A DNA stretch of 64,000 bases. Source: Eutreptiella sp. 'Long Island Sound 2002'. Lineage: Eukaryota > Protista > Euglenida. The notes below the pieces were generated by a model, which saw nothing but the letters and a program-made list of their open reading frames with translations, did not search any database and was not told the origin of the DNA. Position 1 is the stretch's first letter, and each line of letters opens with the position of its first letter. The stretch is from contig OZ038379.1 of the NCBI GenBank assembly GCA_964036045.1, positions 69,564,001-69,628,000 on the forward strand, given 5' to 3'. Positions 21,984 through 33,739 of the stretch are shown here, piece by piece. Made by a program: the position numbers and the translations under genes.

Positions 21984-24900
21984 CACGGGGGGGGGGGGGG
22001 GGCGACTACAACAGGTTCTGATGCGACATACCCCCCAACTATCTGTCAAAACTCGGGGGGGGGGTCTGGCCGGGGGGTGGGGGGGGGTCTAACCGGGGGG
22101 TGGGGGGGGGGTCCGGCCTTGGGCCGGGGGGGGGGGTCAAGCCGGGGGTCGGGGGGCCTGCCGGGGGTCTGGCCGGGGGTTAGGGGGGCGTCGGATGAGG
22201 TGAGGGGGGGGGGGGGGTTAGGGTTAGGGTTAGGGTCACCGAGCTGGTGGAACCAGTCTTGGTTTTATAACCCTTAGTAGTGTCTAGGGTGGACCTACCA
22301 GGTTTAGCAGCAAGCAAGCAGCAAGCAAGCAAGCAAGTAGCAAAAAGCAGCAAGCAGCAAGCAAGCAAGCAGCACGCGCGAAATGGGTAAAAATCAGATA
22401 TCCGTCGTGGTGCTTCCGATTCGGCTGAAATTTTGGTGCATGATACCTATGGGTGTGAAGTACAATCACACAAAGTTTGAGCAAGAAACTCACCGGTGGC
22501 GGCCGGGAACGGGATTCGCAAGTGGCGGACCTCGGTTTCAAAAACTGCAGTTTACGGCCAAAAACAGCCATTTTTGGGCCAAAAAAGCCCTGGAACCTAT
22601 TCAAAACAGCCAAACAAAGGGAAACGGTGGGTACACTCCACATGCGGCTTGACTTCCCCGTGTCAAAGAGCTCTTTGCGGCCCTCTAACTCCATGATATG
22701 TCCCGGAAACAGCCCAAAAAGGCTCCCAAAAGCTCCAAATGCCGACAGCCACAAACCAAGAATAGGCCATATCTTTGGCTACATGGCTCAAAATGCGATT
22801 CCGAGGGCACCTACTCCACCCGCAACCCCCCACTTTTTGTGGTTTCCACCCCTCAGAATTGCCCAAACGGACGCCTAGACCCCAATACCTAGGCCCACTA
22901 GGCTGCAGCAAGCTGCAAGCTCAAGCCCAAACAGGTGGGTGCCCAAATGGGTCAGCAGGGTCCAGTAGGGGCAAAAAGATGACTTTTCTCAAAAATGATC
23001 CCAGACCATGTGCGGCACTAAAACAAGTGTTTTTGGACCATTTTGAGCTTGTGGTGGCCCATGTTGGTCCTCCGACAATCCCAAAATGCCTTGAAAATGG
23101 GCTGTTTTGGGACCAAAAGTGGGTCAAAAACGGGTCAAAAACGCATTTTTCCAAACCTCATCCTAGAGCATTTGGGGTGCACAAACGGGTGAAATGGGCC
23201 CATTTTGAGCCCATTTTGGGGCATTTTGGCCCCTCAGAAGTCCAAAAAGCCTTGAAAGTGGGCCTCGTGGTGATGGGGTTCACTTGCAAGCTGATTTCAC
23301 TTTGTCAAGAGCCATCAATGTGTGAATCATTCTTGATGTCCCTCACCAGTCATAGTTGATGTTCCCTCCCCCACCAGCTCGGTCCCAATATTCAGTCTTG
23401 ATTAGGTTAGGGTTAGGGTCACAGAGCTCGTGGAACCAGTCTTGGTTTTATAACCCTTTTTGGTGTCTAGGGTGGACCTACCAGGTTTAGCAGCAAGCAA
23501 GCAGCAAAAAGCAGCAAGCAGCAAGCAAGCAAGCAGCACGCGCGAAATGGGTAAAAATCACATATCCGTCATGGTGCTTCAGATTCAGGTGAAATTTTGG
23601 TGGATGATACCTATGGGTGTGAAGTACAATCACACAAAGTTTGAGCAAGAAACTCAACGTTGGCGGCCAGGAACAGGATTCGCAGATGGCAGGCCTCGGT
23701 TTCAAAAATTGCAGTTTAGGGCCAAAGACAGCCATTTTTTGGGCGAAAAAGCCCTAGAACACATTCAAAACGGCCTAACGAAGGAAAACGGTGGGTACAC
23801 TCCACGTGCGGCTTGACTTCCCCGTGTCAATGAGCTCTTGGCGCCCCTCTGACTCCATGATATGTCCCGGAAACGGCCCAAAAAGGCCCCCAAAAGCTCC
23901 AAATGCCGACAAACACAAACCAAGAATAGGCCATATCTTTGGCTACATGGCTCAAAATGCGATTCCGCGGGCACCTACTCCACCCGCAACCCCCCACTTT
24001 TTGTGGTTTCCACCCCTCAGAATTGCCCAAACGGACGCCTACACCCCAATACCTAGGCCCACTAGGTTGCGGCAAGGTACAAGCTCAAGCCCAAACAAGT
24101 AGGTGCCCGAATGGGTCAACAGGGTCCAGTGGGGGCAAAAAGATCACTTTTCTCAAAAATGATCCTATACCATGTGCGACGCTAAAACAAGTGTTTTTGG
24201 ACTGTTTTGAGCTTGTGGTGGCCCATGTTGGTCCTCCAAAAATCCCAAAATGCCTTGAAAATGGGCTGTTTTGGGACCAAAAATGGGTCAAAAATGGGTC
24301 AAAAACGCTTTTTTCCAAACCTCATCCTAGAGCATTTGGGGTGCACAAACAGGTGAAATGAGCCCATTGTGAGCCCATTTTGGGGCATTTTGGTCCCTCA
24401 GAAGTCCATAAAGCCTTGAAAGTGGGCCTCGTGGTGATGGGGTTCACTTGCAAGCTGATTTCACTTTGTCAAGAGCCATCAATGCATGAATCAGCCTTGA
24501 TGTCCCTCACCAGTCATAGCCGATGTTCCCTCCCCCACCAGCTCGGTCCCAATATTCAGCCTTGATTAGTCCTAGGGTTAGGGTTAGCCCTAGGGTTAGG
24601 GTTAGGGTTAGGGTTAGGGTTAAGGTTAGGGTTAGGGTTAGGGCTAGGGTTGCTGTTAGGGCCTGCAGCCCTCTTGTAGCCCAAACATGAATTCTCCACA
24701 AAAATTTGAGCATTTTGAGTATAAACAAATAGTATGAAAAAAATGGCTGCGGGTTGATGGCACTTGGCATGCAGTGTCGGCGACCAAAATGGTGAGTCCC
24801 ATCGTTTACGATGACGTGATTACTCCGAAGCATGAACTACCAAATTTCAATGAGTGGGACCCATGGGGGGGCGACTACAACCGGTCCTGATGCGACATAC

Positions 24901-27770
24901 CCCCCAACTATCTGTCAAAACTCGGGTGGGGGGGGGGTGGGGGGGGGAGAGTTGGGGGTGGGGTCCGGCCGGGGGTCGGGGGGGGTCAAGCTGGGGGTCG
25001 AAGGGGGGGTCAAGCCCGGGGTCGAAGGGGGGGTCAAGCCGGGGGTCCGGGGGGGGTTCCTGCCGGGGGTGGGGGGGGGGGGTTGGCCGGGGGTCAGGGG
25101 GGCGTCGGATGGGGTGAGGGGGGGGGTAGGGTTAGAATTAGGGTGAGGGTTAGCCTTAGCCCTAGGGGTAGGGTTAGCCCTAGGGTTAGGGTTAGGGTCA
25201 CCGAGCTGGTGGAACCAGTCTTGGTTTTATAACCCTTTTTAGTGTCTAGGGTGGACCTACCAGGTTTAGCAGCAAGCAAGCAAGCAAGCAAGCAAGCAAC
25301 AAGCAAGCAAGCAAGCAGCACGCGCGAAATGGGTAAAAATCAGATATCCGTCGTGGTGCTTCCGATTCGGCTGAAATTTTGGTGGATGATACCTATGGCT
25401 GTGAAGTACAATCACACAAAGTTTGAGCAAGAAACTCAACGGTGGCGGCCGGGAACGGGATTCGCAAGTGGCGGACCTCAGTTTCAAAAACTGCAGTTTA
25501 GGGCCAAAAACAGCCATTTTTGGGCCAAAAAAGCCCCGGAACACATTCAAAACGGCCAAGCGAAGGGAAACGGTGGGTACACTCCACGTGCGGCTTGACT
25601 TCCCCGTGCCAACGAGCTCTTTGCGGCCCTCTAACACCATGATATGTCCCGGAAACGGCCCAAAAAGGCCCCCAAAAGCTCCAAATGCCGACAGCCACAA
25701 ACCAAGAATAGGCCATATCTTTGGCTATATGGCTCAAAATGCGATTCCGAGGGCACCTTCTCCACCCACAACCCCCCACTTGTTGTGGTTTCCACCCCTC
25801 AGAACTGCCCAAACGGACGCCTAGACCCCAATACCTAGGCCCAGTAGGCTGCAAGCTGCAGGCTCAAGCCCAACAAGGTGGGAGCCCAAATGGGTTAACA
25901 GTGTCCAGTAAGGGCAAAAAGATGACTTTTCTCAAAAATGTTCCTAGACCATGTGCGACGCTAAAACAAGAGTTTTTGGACTATTTTGAGCTTGTGGTGG
26001 CCCATTTTGGTCCTCCGAAAATCCCAAAATGCCTTGAAAATGGGCTGTTTTGGGACCACAAATGGGTCAAAAAAGGGTCAAAAACGCATTTTTCCAAACC
26101 TCATCCGAGACCATTTGGGGTGCACAAACGGGTGAAATGAGCCCATTTTGAACCCATTTTGGGGCATTTTGGCCCCTTAGAAGTCCAAAAAGCCTTGAAA
26201 GTGGGCCTCGTGGTGATGGGGTTCACTTGCAAGCTAATTTCACTTTGTCAAGAGCCATCAATGTGTGAATCATTCTTGATGTCCCTCACCAGTCATAGCT
26301 GATGTTCCCTCCCCCACCAGCTCGGTCCCAATATTCAGTCTTGAGTAGGGTTAGGGTTAGGGCCAGGGTTAGGGTTAGGGTCACCGAGCTGGTGGAACCA
26401 GTCTTGGTTTTATAGCCCTTTTTAGGGTCTAGGGTGGACCTACCAGGTTTAGCAGCAGCAGCAGCAAGCAGCAAGCAGCAGCAAGCAGCACGCGCGAAAT
26501 GGGGAAAAATCAGAATTCCGTCGTGGTGCTTCGGATTCGGCTGAAATTTTGGTGGATGATACCTATGGGTGTCAGGGACAACCCTACAAAGTATGAGCCA
26601 GAAACTCAACGGTGGCGGCCGGGAACGGGTGTCGCAAGTGGCGGACCTTAGTTTCAAAAACTACAGTTTAGGGCCAAAAACAGCCATTTTTGGGCCAAAA
26701 CAGCCCTAGAACCCATTCAAAACGGCCAAACAAAGGGAAACGGTGGGTACACTCCATGTGCGGCTTGACTTTCTTGTGTCAACGATCCCTTTGCGGCCCT
26801 CTAACTCCAGCATATGTCCCGGAAACTGCCCAAAAAGGCCCTCAGAAGCCCCAAATTTTGTGCAGATTGGCGGGCAACAGCCACAAACCAAGAGCAGGCC
26901 ATATTTTTGGCTACATGGCTCAAAATGCGATTCCGAGGGCACCTAGTCCACCCGCAACCCCCCACTTTTTGTGGTTTCCACGCCTCAGAATTGCCCAAAT
27001 GGACGCCTAGAACCCCGGTACCCAGGCCCACTAGGCTGCGTCAAGCTGCAAGCTCAAGCCCAAATAGGTGGGTGCCCAAATGGGCCAATATGGTCCAATG
27101 GGGCAGAAAAATGACTTTTCTCAAAAATGATCCTAGACCATGTGTGATGCTAAAGCAAGTGTTTTTGGACTGTTTTGAGCTTGTGGTGGCCCATTTTGGT
27201 CCTCCGAAAATCCCAAAATGCCTTGAAGATGCGCTGTTTTGGGACCAAAAATGGGTCAAAAATGGGTCAAAAACGCATTTTTCCAAACCTCATCCCACAC
27301 CATTTGGGGTGCACAAGCGGGTGAAATGAGCCCATTTTGAGGCCATTTTGGGCCATTTTGGCCCCTCATAAATCCGCAAAAGCCTTGAAAGTGGGCCTTG
27401 TGGTGAAGGGGATCACTTGCAAGCTGATTCCACTTTGTCAACGGCCTTCAATGTGTGACTCATTGGTGTCCCTCACCATTCATATCCAATGTTCCTTCCC
27501 CCACCAGCTCGGTCCCAATATTCAGTCTTGATTAGGGCTAGGGTTGCTGTTAGGGCATGCAGCCCTCCTGTCGCCCAAATATGAATTCTCTACAAAATTT
27601 TGAGCATTTTGAGTATAAACACATAGCATGAAAAAAAAAATTGGCGCCTTTGGCGCCGGACATTTTTCTCTAGGGACACTTGCTGGTGGCCGACCCGGCA
27701 CCACTATCTTTCAAAACCCAGGGGGGGGGGGGTGTCGCATACAAGGACCGAGCCCGGCCGCCCCCCCGTG
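21984..27770. mobile_element. Tandem pair of ~2.9-kb non-coding elements (21984-~24730 and 24861-27770), each with a G-rich head, two ~1.17-kb modules delimited by TTAGGG tracts, and a tail
   Basis: Four modules start GGGTCACCGAGCTGGTGGAACC or a close variant (22232, 23417, 25196, 26377). Heads at 21984 and 24861. The right end GGGGGGTGTCGCATACAAGGACCG..GCCCCCCCGTG is an imperfect inverted copy of the head CACGGGG..GCGACTACAAC(C/A)GGT(C/T)CTGATGCGACATACCCCCC. Confidence 0.8.
24575..24650 (+). repeat. Interstitial telomeric (TTAGGG)n tract with variant units; shorter tracts at 22217, 23401, 25128-25199, 26345, 27532 and 41461
   Basis: Direct reading of TTAGGG arrays with GTTAAG and GCTAGG variants. 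Confidence 0.95.
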
Positions 27771-28299
27771 GCAGTGCGAAGGTTGCAACAATTCACCTCT
27801 GGCCGACCAAAACAGTCAGAGTGCTGCGGGCGACCTCATCGCCTGCAATAGATCTAAAGCTGTACTCGCCCATAGCGCCACAGGCCTTAGTGTGCGCTCT
27901 CCAAAAGACCCCGCCGGGTCTATGGGACACAACCACACACGTACACACACCGGCGATCCAAACACGTGAAGCAGCACTGATGCAGGCCTAAGCCCCAAAA
28001 TTATAACAACTGACAGAAATATACCGCAAGTATCGACAACCCACCAACAAAGAATCTCAGACTCATATGCACCGCCGCACACAGTGAGGGGGCGGGCGCG
28101 GGGGCGGGTGGTGGGAACACAATAAATTTTCAACAAATCTGTACACACACAGAGATAGTGATCCCCTGTTCGTAAACGAAAAGGGGGCAAGACAAACAGG
28201 GGATCACAAAGGACAAAGCACCAAGGCAATTCAACAATTCACCTCTGATACCCCTCATCCTTGTCCCCATGCACAGACCATACACGCTCACCAAGTTGG

Positions 28300-29130
28300 A
28301 ACCTACATACATACGAACCCAAACTGGGTCAGTGCTCGGCGCACGCAGCCAAGCAGCCACAGCAACGGCGTGAACCCCAGCGTGCGAGCTCATGGCGCTG
28401 TAGTCCCATTGGTCAAAACCCCCCACCGACGTCTTCACGTCAGCGGCCCCTATCAGCGCACGACCGCACCTCATCAGCACACATGTTGATCCTACTCAAG
28501 CAATCCAGACCGGATGGTGATTCCAACCACCTGGATATACCACATGCATTGCAGCAAACTCGCGCACCCCTTGGTCCCATATACAGGAAAAAGGCATGGG
28601 GCCGCAGCCATGGCGCCCGAATCCACAGGGGGGCAGCTTCTGGTGCCCGCAGAAAAAACATCCACGGCGCCGGCGCCAACCACAGGGTACAGTGCTCGCA
28701 TGCACAGGCCCCAAACTCCAGACCCCGCATATTCAGAAACGGCGGGCGCTCACAAAGCACGGAACATGAAGCACACGCGCCGTACCAACACCTGCTTCCC
28801 TTGGACCCATATATAGGGCAGACGCTGGCCCCCAGCCTTCGTGTGCGACGACAGACTAAGGTACAGCCTACTATCCCCAACCCTCACAATCCAACGATGG
28901 CGGCACAGGTGATTCCCGCCCATCCCCTTAATATTTGCATCACCGGACGGGGTCTTCTGCTGCTCCGCAACACCATGCAGACGGCCCGCCAGGTCCTGTG
29001 CTGCTAGCTGCAGCACCCCCGGAGCATCCTCCTTCGAGCAAGGCCGCATGAAGACCAGCCTAGCAGCCAGACCCAACCAGATCCGCTTCACCGCCGCCAG
29101 GCAAGGCGCCTCTCCAGCACAACCCTCAAG
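28300..29130 (-). pseudogene. Unassigned Cys-rich ORF inside the YR retroelement, between RNase H and repeat B1
   Basis: ORF 28440-28880 has CASC, CACEHC and CCNAC clusters. No family recognised. Confidence 0.3.
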
Positions 29131-29297
29131 TGCTGTTGCGCACGTTCCCGCCTGCGCTGCAGCGCCTCCACCGACCGGCGGTGAAAAAATTTTCCACGCC
29201 TGCGGCGGCGGCGTTTCCCGCGTTTAGGCATGTCAAAAGCACTGAGCACCGCGAAAATGGCGAACCATGTGTTTCTCTAAAACTAACAGAGAACACC

Positions 29298-31307
29298 TCA
29301 CAATACCAACCCTCCCACCGACACCACTTCGCGAGGGTGCTTCAGCAGCACCCGCCAGAGTTGAAACGCATGGAAACACGCCCGTTGCACATTAGACTGG
29401 AAATTGGAGTCCAACCTACTTGGCGGGTCAAGCGACTGTAACACGCCCGGCACAAGCCGGACCTCGACAATCAAACCAGACTGCAACAACCTCAGAACCA
29501 GGGCCCTCAGTAGCTTCTGCTGCCTTGACAGCCACGTGGACGCCCGCAGGGCCACCAACTGGCACGCAAATACCTGGGAGTCCGCGACCAGCACAACATA
29601 ACTCCACCCCAACCTGATTGCCAACCGTACCAACCACACCAAGACCCAAAGCTCAGCGCTCTGCTGCGTGTGACGTGCAAGGGGGATCACCTGGGAACGG
29701 ACACCTGACAAACGCGGGATGAATGCCCCCCCTCTATATCGAATGATATCCAATGCAGCATCCCCAAACATCACACAGTGTCAAACAGCCCATAAATCGG
29801 GCGTAGCAGACAATGCATGAAACACAGCAAGGCGTGCCGGTGTTGGGGGTTCCCAAGTATCCATACAACGGACGATCGCGGTACACAGTCCATGCAGCAC
29901 CTTCAGTGGCGTGGGTCTCTCAAACCCCCCCCACCGATCACAACAATAGCTTCCCGCGAGCAGTGCCCCCCCCCCCCCCCCCAGACGGGGTCTAAAGTGC
30001 CAATGGATGATACCCAATGCCTTGGAGAGTAACCGGGAAGAAGGCCTCGACCTCGTGGCCAGCCTGAGCCAAATGTTGAACATATGGAGAAAGGCCCTTG
30101 GATGTGAACGGATCGTGCGCACTCCCAAATTGATGTACTTCCCCAGGAAAAATATACCCGTAACCGGCTCCAACGTACTCTTTCCCGACACAATAAAACC
30201 AGCCTCCTCTAGCGCCCTGACCACGCGAGCAGTCACAACACGCAAACGCGCTGGATCCGGCCCCAAAATCAAAAAATCATCTAAATAATGGAAGAGGGTG
30301 TACCCCTCCGGGATCAAGGGTCCCACTATCCTTCCCAACGCCGTCTGACAGAACAACGGGGAATGTTTCCAACCAAACGGCATCCGCGACATACAAAACA
30401 CCCTCTCCACATCTTCCCAACGCATCCGGAATCGAAAGGCTCTCTCGTGTCGTCTTGGCAACTTAAAACTCCAAAAGGCGTTTTTAAGGTCCACGTGTGT
30501 ACAAAACAACGGCCTATCGGCCGGCCAATCCGCCAACTTCTTGGAGATTTGCTCCCAACCATCCAACGAGAAAGACAGCGGCTTATGTAAGCTCCCATTG
30601 AACTCAACGAGATTAAATATAAGGGACACTTTTTCTGTGGACTTTGGGATCACAAACGGCCAGCACGTCGCCCTCAAAGGGCAATTTTCATCCATAATGG
30701 TAACTATCTCCTCACGCAATAACCATTGAACCATGGGTCGCACCAAAGCCTCCCTATTAGACGAGTGACTTTCTCTCTCCAAGTGAAAATCGGACACAGA
30801 CGCCTCGAAATCAGGGGGGGCCAACTCACACCACAGATCATCGGAAATCATGTAGTTTCCCACCGCCCCTAAACCCCTCTCCACCAGCTGCGGGTGCACC
30901 CTGCCCAACTACGGCATTGGCGACGTAGACAAATGCAAAAGAGCCTGCCAAGACTCAGCGGTAAATTCTGACAGCGCGTTAAAAATTATATCCGGCGCTG
31001 ACCGCAAACGGTAGTCCTCACACGTCACAAACAAGCGAAGCACAAACAAATGGAGTCGCTTCATGAGTAGCAGAACCCCGCAAGACAGTGCCTGGTGAAG
31101 CCACGGTAAGAATGTAAAGAAGGCTTGCAAAAATGGCACAAATAACGGAACTGGTTCCGAACGCACATACAACAGGTCTGCCCTGGTCAGAGGGCGTCGC
31201 CCCCCATCCGCCAATGTGATAACTTGCAGTGATCCCTGCGCTGAACTCAGCACTGGGCCACCAACAGGCCCATCACAGGCAAATGGGGTTTCGCGAATCG
31301 CCCCCAC
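29298..31307 (-). pseudogene. Reverse transcriptase and RNase H ORF with two in-frame stops
   Basis: RT: PFVIPK, VDLKNAFWS, MPFGWKHSP, HYLDD. RNase H: FGDAA, QSAELW, VADSQV. ORFs 30909-31307, 29781-30908 and 29298-29774 share one frame. Confidence 0.92.
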
Positions 31308-31370
31308 GGGGGGCGAATTTCCAGGCGACCCCCCCCCGCGCTTGCCTGCCGCCGCACTGCCGCCTTGGCC

Positions 31371-32867
31371 CTAATTCTCTGGTGGGGAACGCACAGCCAC
31401 TTTGCTGGCAGGCCCGACTGGAGGCCCATCAAGATGCCTCCTCTTGGGGGCAGGCCGTCTGGCTTTTGCATTACCCAGGCCCACCTTCGCGCTCGCTGCA
31501 TGATGCCGCTGGACAGATATGGAACAGCCCAGACCAACGACTCGCCGCTTGGGCCTCGGTTTACCGTCGCCGTCGACCCGTGCTGCGCCACTTCTCGGTG
31601 TCTTGCCGGCTCCCTTAGATCGCAGCCTCCTCTTGCCGCCCCCGACCTGAGGTCCGGTTCCCGGCGTGAATTCTGGAGGACGTTCCCCCGGGACATCGGG
31701 CGGTGCGGGCTCCGCGGGGGAGCCACAGGCGCCTGCTGTGGACACAGCGGAGGCCGAAGACTCCGAGGGGACGGACGAAGAATCCGAATCAGACTCCACG
31801 TCTTCCATTTCCCCTTGATGCGGCGCCACATCCATATCAGGAAGAGATACCACAGGCCCCGCAGGCACCGGGGCAGCGATTTCCAGCGACGCCTTCGGGT
31901 ACTTCCTTTCAGGATTAGCATACATGGGGTCACCCCACAGGTCGGCCAGCAGCACAGCCAACCGCTCACCAGGAGTCTGGCCACCCACAGGCCATGGAAG
32001 CAGCAAAGCCCCAACCACCGCAGGGTCACAGTAGCCGAGAGCGTACTCCAACGCCGTGGCCAGCCGTTTCCACCTCCCCCACCAAACGAAATAGGCCACA
32101 TTTGGAGAGCGGTGGAAGGCGGCCGCCGCGCCCCCCCGCCGCAGGGAATGCCACCGATGGTCACTATACGGGGAATCACTGAGGAGGTCTGCGAAGATCT
32201 TCTCCACTGCCTCAACCCCTCCCCTAACCAACGGTTGACCCTCCGGGACGCAGCTTGCCGCGGCGTAGGATCTAAGGAATCGGACCCACAGGCGTCCCCA
32301 CTCATAAAGCGGGCGCCGCACTTCCCTGAGGCCTCCAACCACGGAATCGCTTGCCAGTCCCGCTAGCGTGATGGACACCGCTTCAGAGACTCACAAGAAG
32401 AGAAGCCAACTGAGGTTCGCCAACGCCGCCACTGCCTGCTCAACCGGTGAGGCCGCTCTGGCCCATAGGAGGCTGAGACCCTCCGGTCCCAGGTATGGCT
32501 GTCCCGGTGTCGGTTTTCCAGACTTTGCAAGTCTCCAGTGGATGGCCTGAACACAGCCCGGGAGCAGCCTGATATCTTCCGCCGCTCGAGTCGCGGACAC
32601 ATAACCCCTAAGGGTGGACGTGGCCTGCCCCATAGAGACCCTTGACGCCAAGAAGTCAGACAACGTGTCAGTAAGCGGCGTCCGCAAAGCCCTGGTTCCC
32701 TCATACTTCGCCACCGCGGACAGGGCGGAACGGTATCGGGCTTGCGTTTTTGGGGCCCAGCCCCGAACGCCCACGGCCGCCACCCTAAACGATCCAACAA
32801 CCGCCATCGCCATTGCCCACCCCGCCGCCGCCGCGCTGAAGGTCGCTATGGTAGCAGGTAAGGCCAC
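31371..32867 (-). pseudogene. Tyrosine recombinase with one in-frame stop at the catalytic Arg
   Basis: LFL*VSEA (TGA at 32391-32393 in place of R), HSLRRGG, WGRW and LEY. The two listed ORFs are in the same frame. Confidence 0.9.
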
Positions 32868-32954
32868 GCGGGCCGGGATTGGACGCGCGGATTGGGAATC
32901 TTCACACCAACATGGCCATCCCCACCCCGCCCTGTCGCAGTGGCGACAGTCCCG

Positions 32955-33640
32955 TCAGGACCAGTGGGGACACTGGAAATGCCAGTGCCGCAACTGCTCT
33001 GATGGGACGCCCGCTTTGGCGCATCTCTGGCAGTCGCCAAACGGGCGGGCGGATATTGGTACCCACCTTCCCTTCTTCGTCATCCAATGAAGGACGCCTT
33101 GTCGCATAGCGAAGTCGATGCCCTTATACTTAAAGGACGGTCCCCCGTTTTTGACCGCATCTGGCCAGCTCATGGCATCTAGCGGGTTGGACGGGTTCGC
33201 CCGACTGCTGGACTCCGGCGCGAACATCTGGGCATACGCCTGCTGGGAGTCGAGGATGATACCCCAAATCCTGTAGGCCAGCCTGTCGCCCCTCGGGCAT
33301 TCCATCGCATTGCCCATCACGTCGAACAGCCTGGCCGGTGCAGCACTTGCGCTTCTAACGTAGTCCCGCAGCGCCTCGCTTGACTGGCGCATCCAACTGG
33401 CTACTTTGTCGCCCCCCAGCATCTGCTCCACTGCCTCTGCGGTCAAGTCCGGCACTGAATTTCTATCCGCGACGGCCAGGCTCTCCAACCGTGCTTGTGG
33501 GTGCCCGATCGGGTCTTGCTGGGGCTGCAGCAACGCGCGCAGCTCCTCAGGCGACATCTGGCTGGTGTGCTGCACCGGCGCGTCCGCTCCAGAGCCACGC
33601 ACTCTTAAACGGGGAGCGAAAGACCTGCATGCTGCTTCAC
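32955..33640 (-). CDS. Gag-like ORF1 of the YR retroelement
   Basis: First ORF after repeat A1. Helical N-terminal part and C-terminal CQRC..HWHFQC zinc-knuckle-like motif. Confidence 0.6.
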
Positions 33641-33739
33641 AAAAACACAATAAATTTTCAACAAATCTGTACACACACAGAGATAGTGATCCCCTGTTCG
33701 TAAACGAAAAGGGGGCAAGACAAACAGGGGACCACATGT

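Larger units (their letters stand above)
27786..33736 (-). mobile_element. Tyrosine-recombinase retrotransposon (DIRS order, VIPER/TATE-like gene order gag-YR-RT/RH) with split direct repeats
   Basis: 93-bp repeat A at 33644-33736 and 28116-28208 (1 mismatch). 16-bp repeat B CAACAATTCACCTCTG at 28232-28247 and 27786-27801. On the minus strand this gives A1-ORFs-B1-A2-B2. Confidence 0.88.

Noticed and set aside
20890-22240. Penelope-like element (GIY-YIG next to telomeric repeats)
   Set aside because: The nuclease follows helicase motifs rather than an RT, and no PLE-type RT motifs were found.
24575-24650. True chromosome end
   Set aside because: Tracts are short, contain variant units and are embedded in repeated modules with sequence continuing on both sides.
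22284-27531. Protein-coding ORFs in the 1.17-kb modules
   Set aside because: Short, on both strands, frames not conserved among the four modules, and no domain motifs.
28116-33736. LTR retrotransposon (93-bp repeats as LTRs)
   Set aside because: No TG..CA ends, integrase or TSD. A tyrosine recombinase and an additional B repeat indicate split direct repeats.
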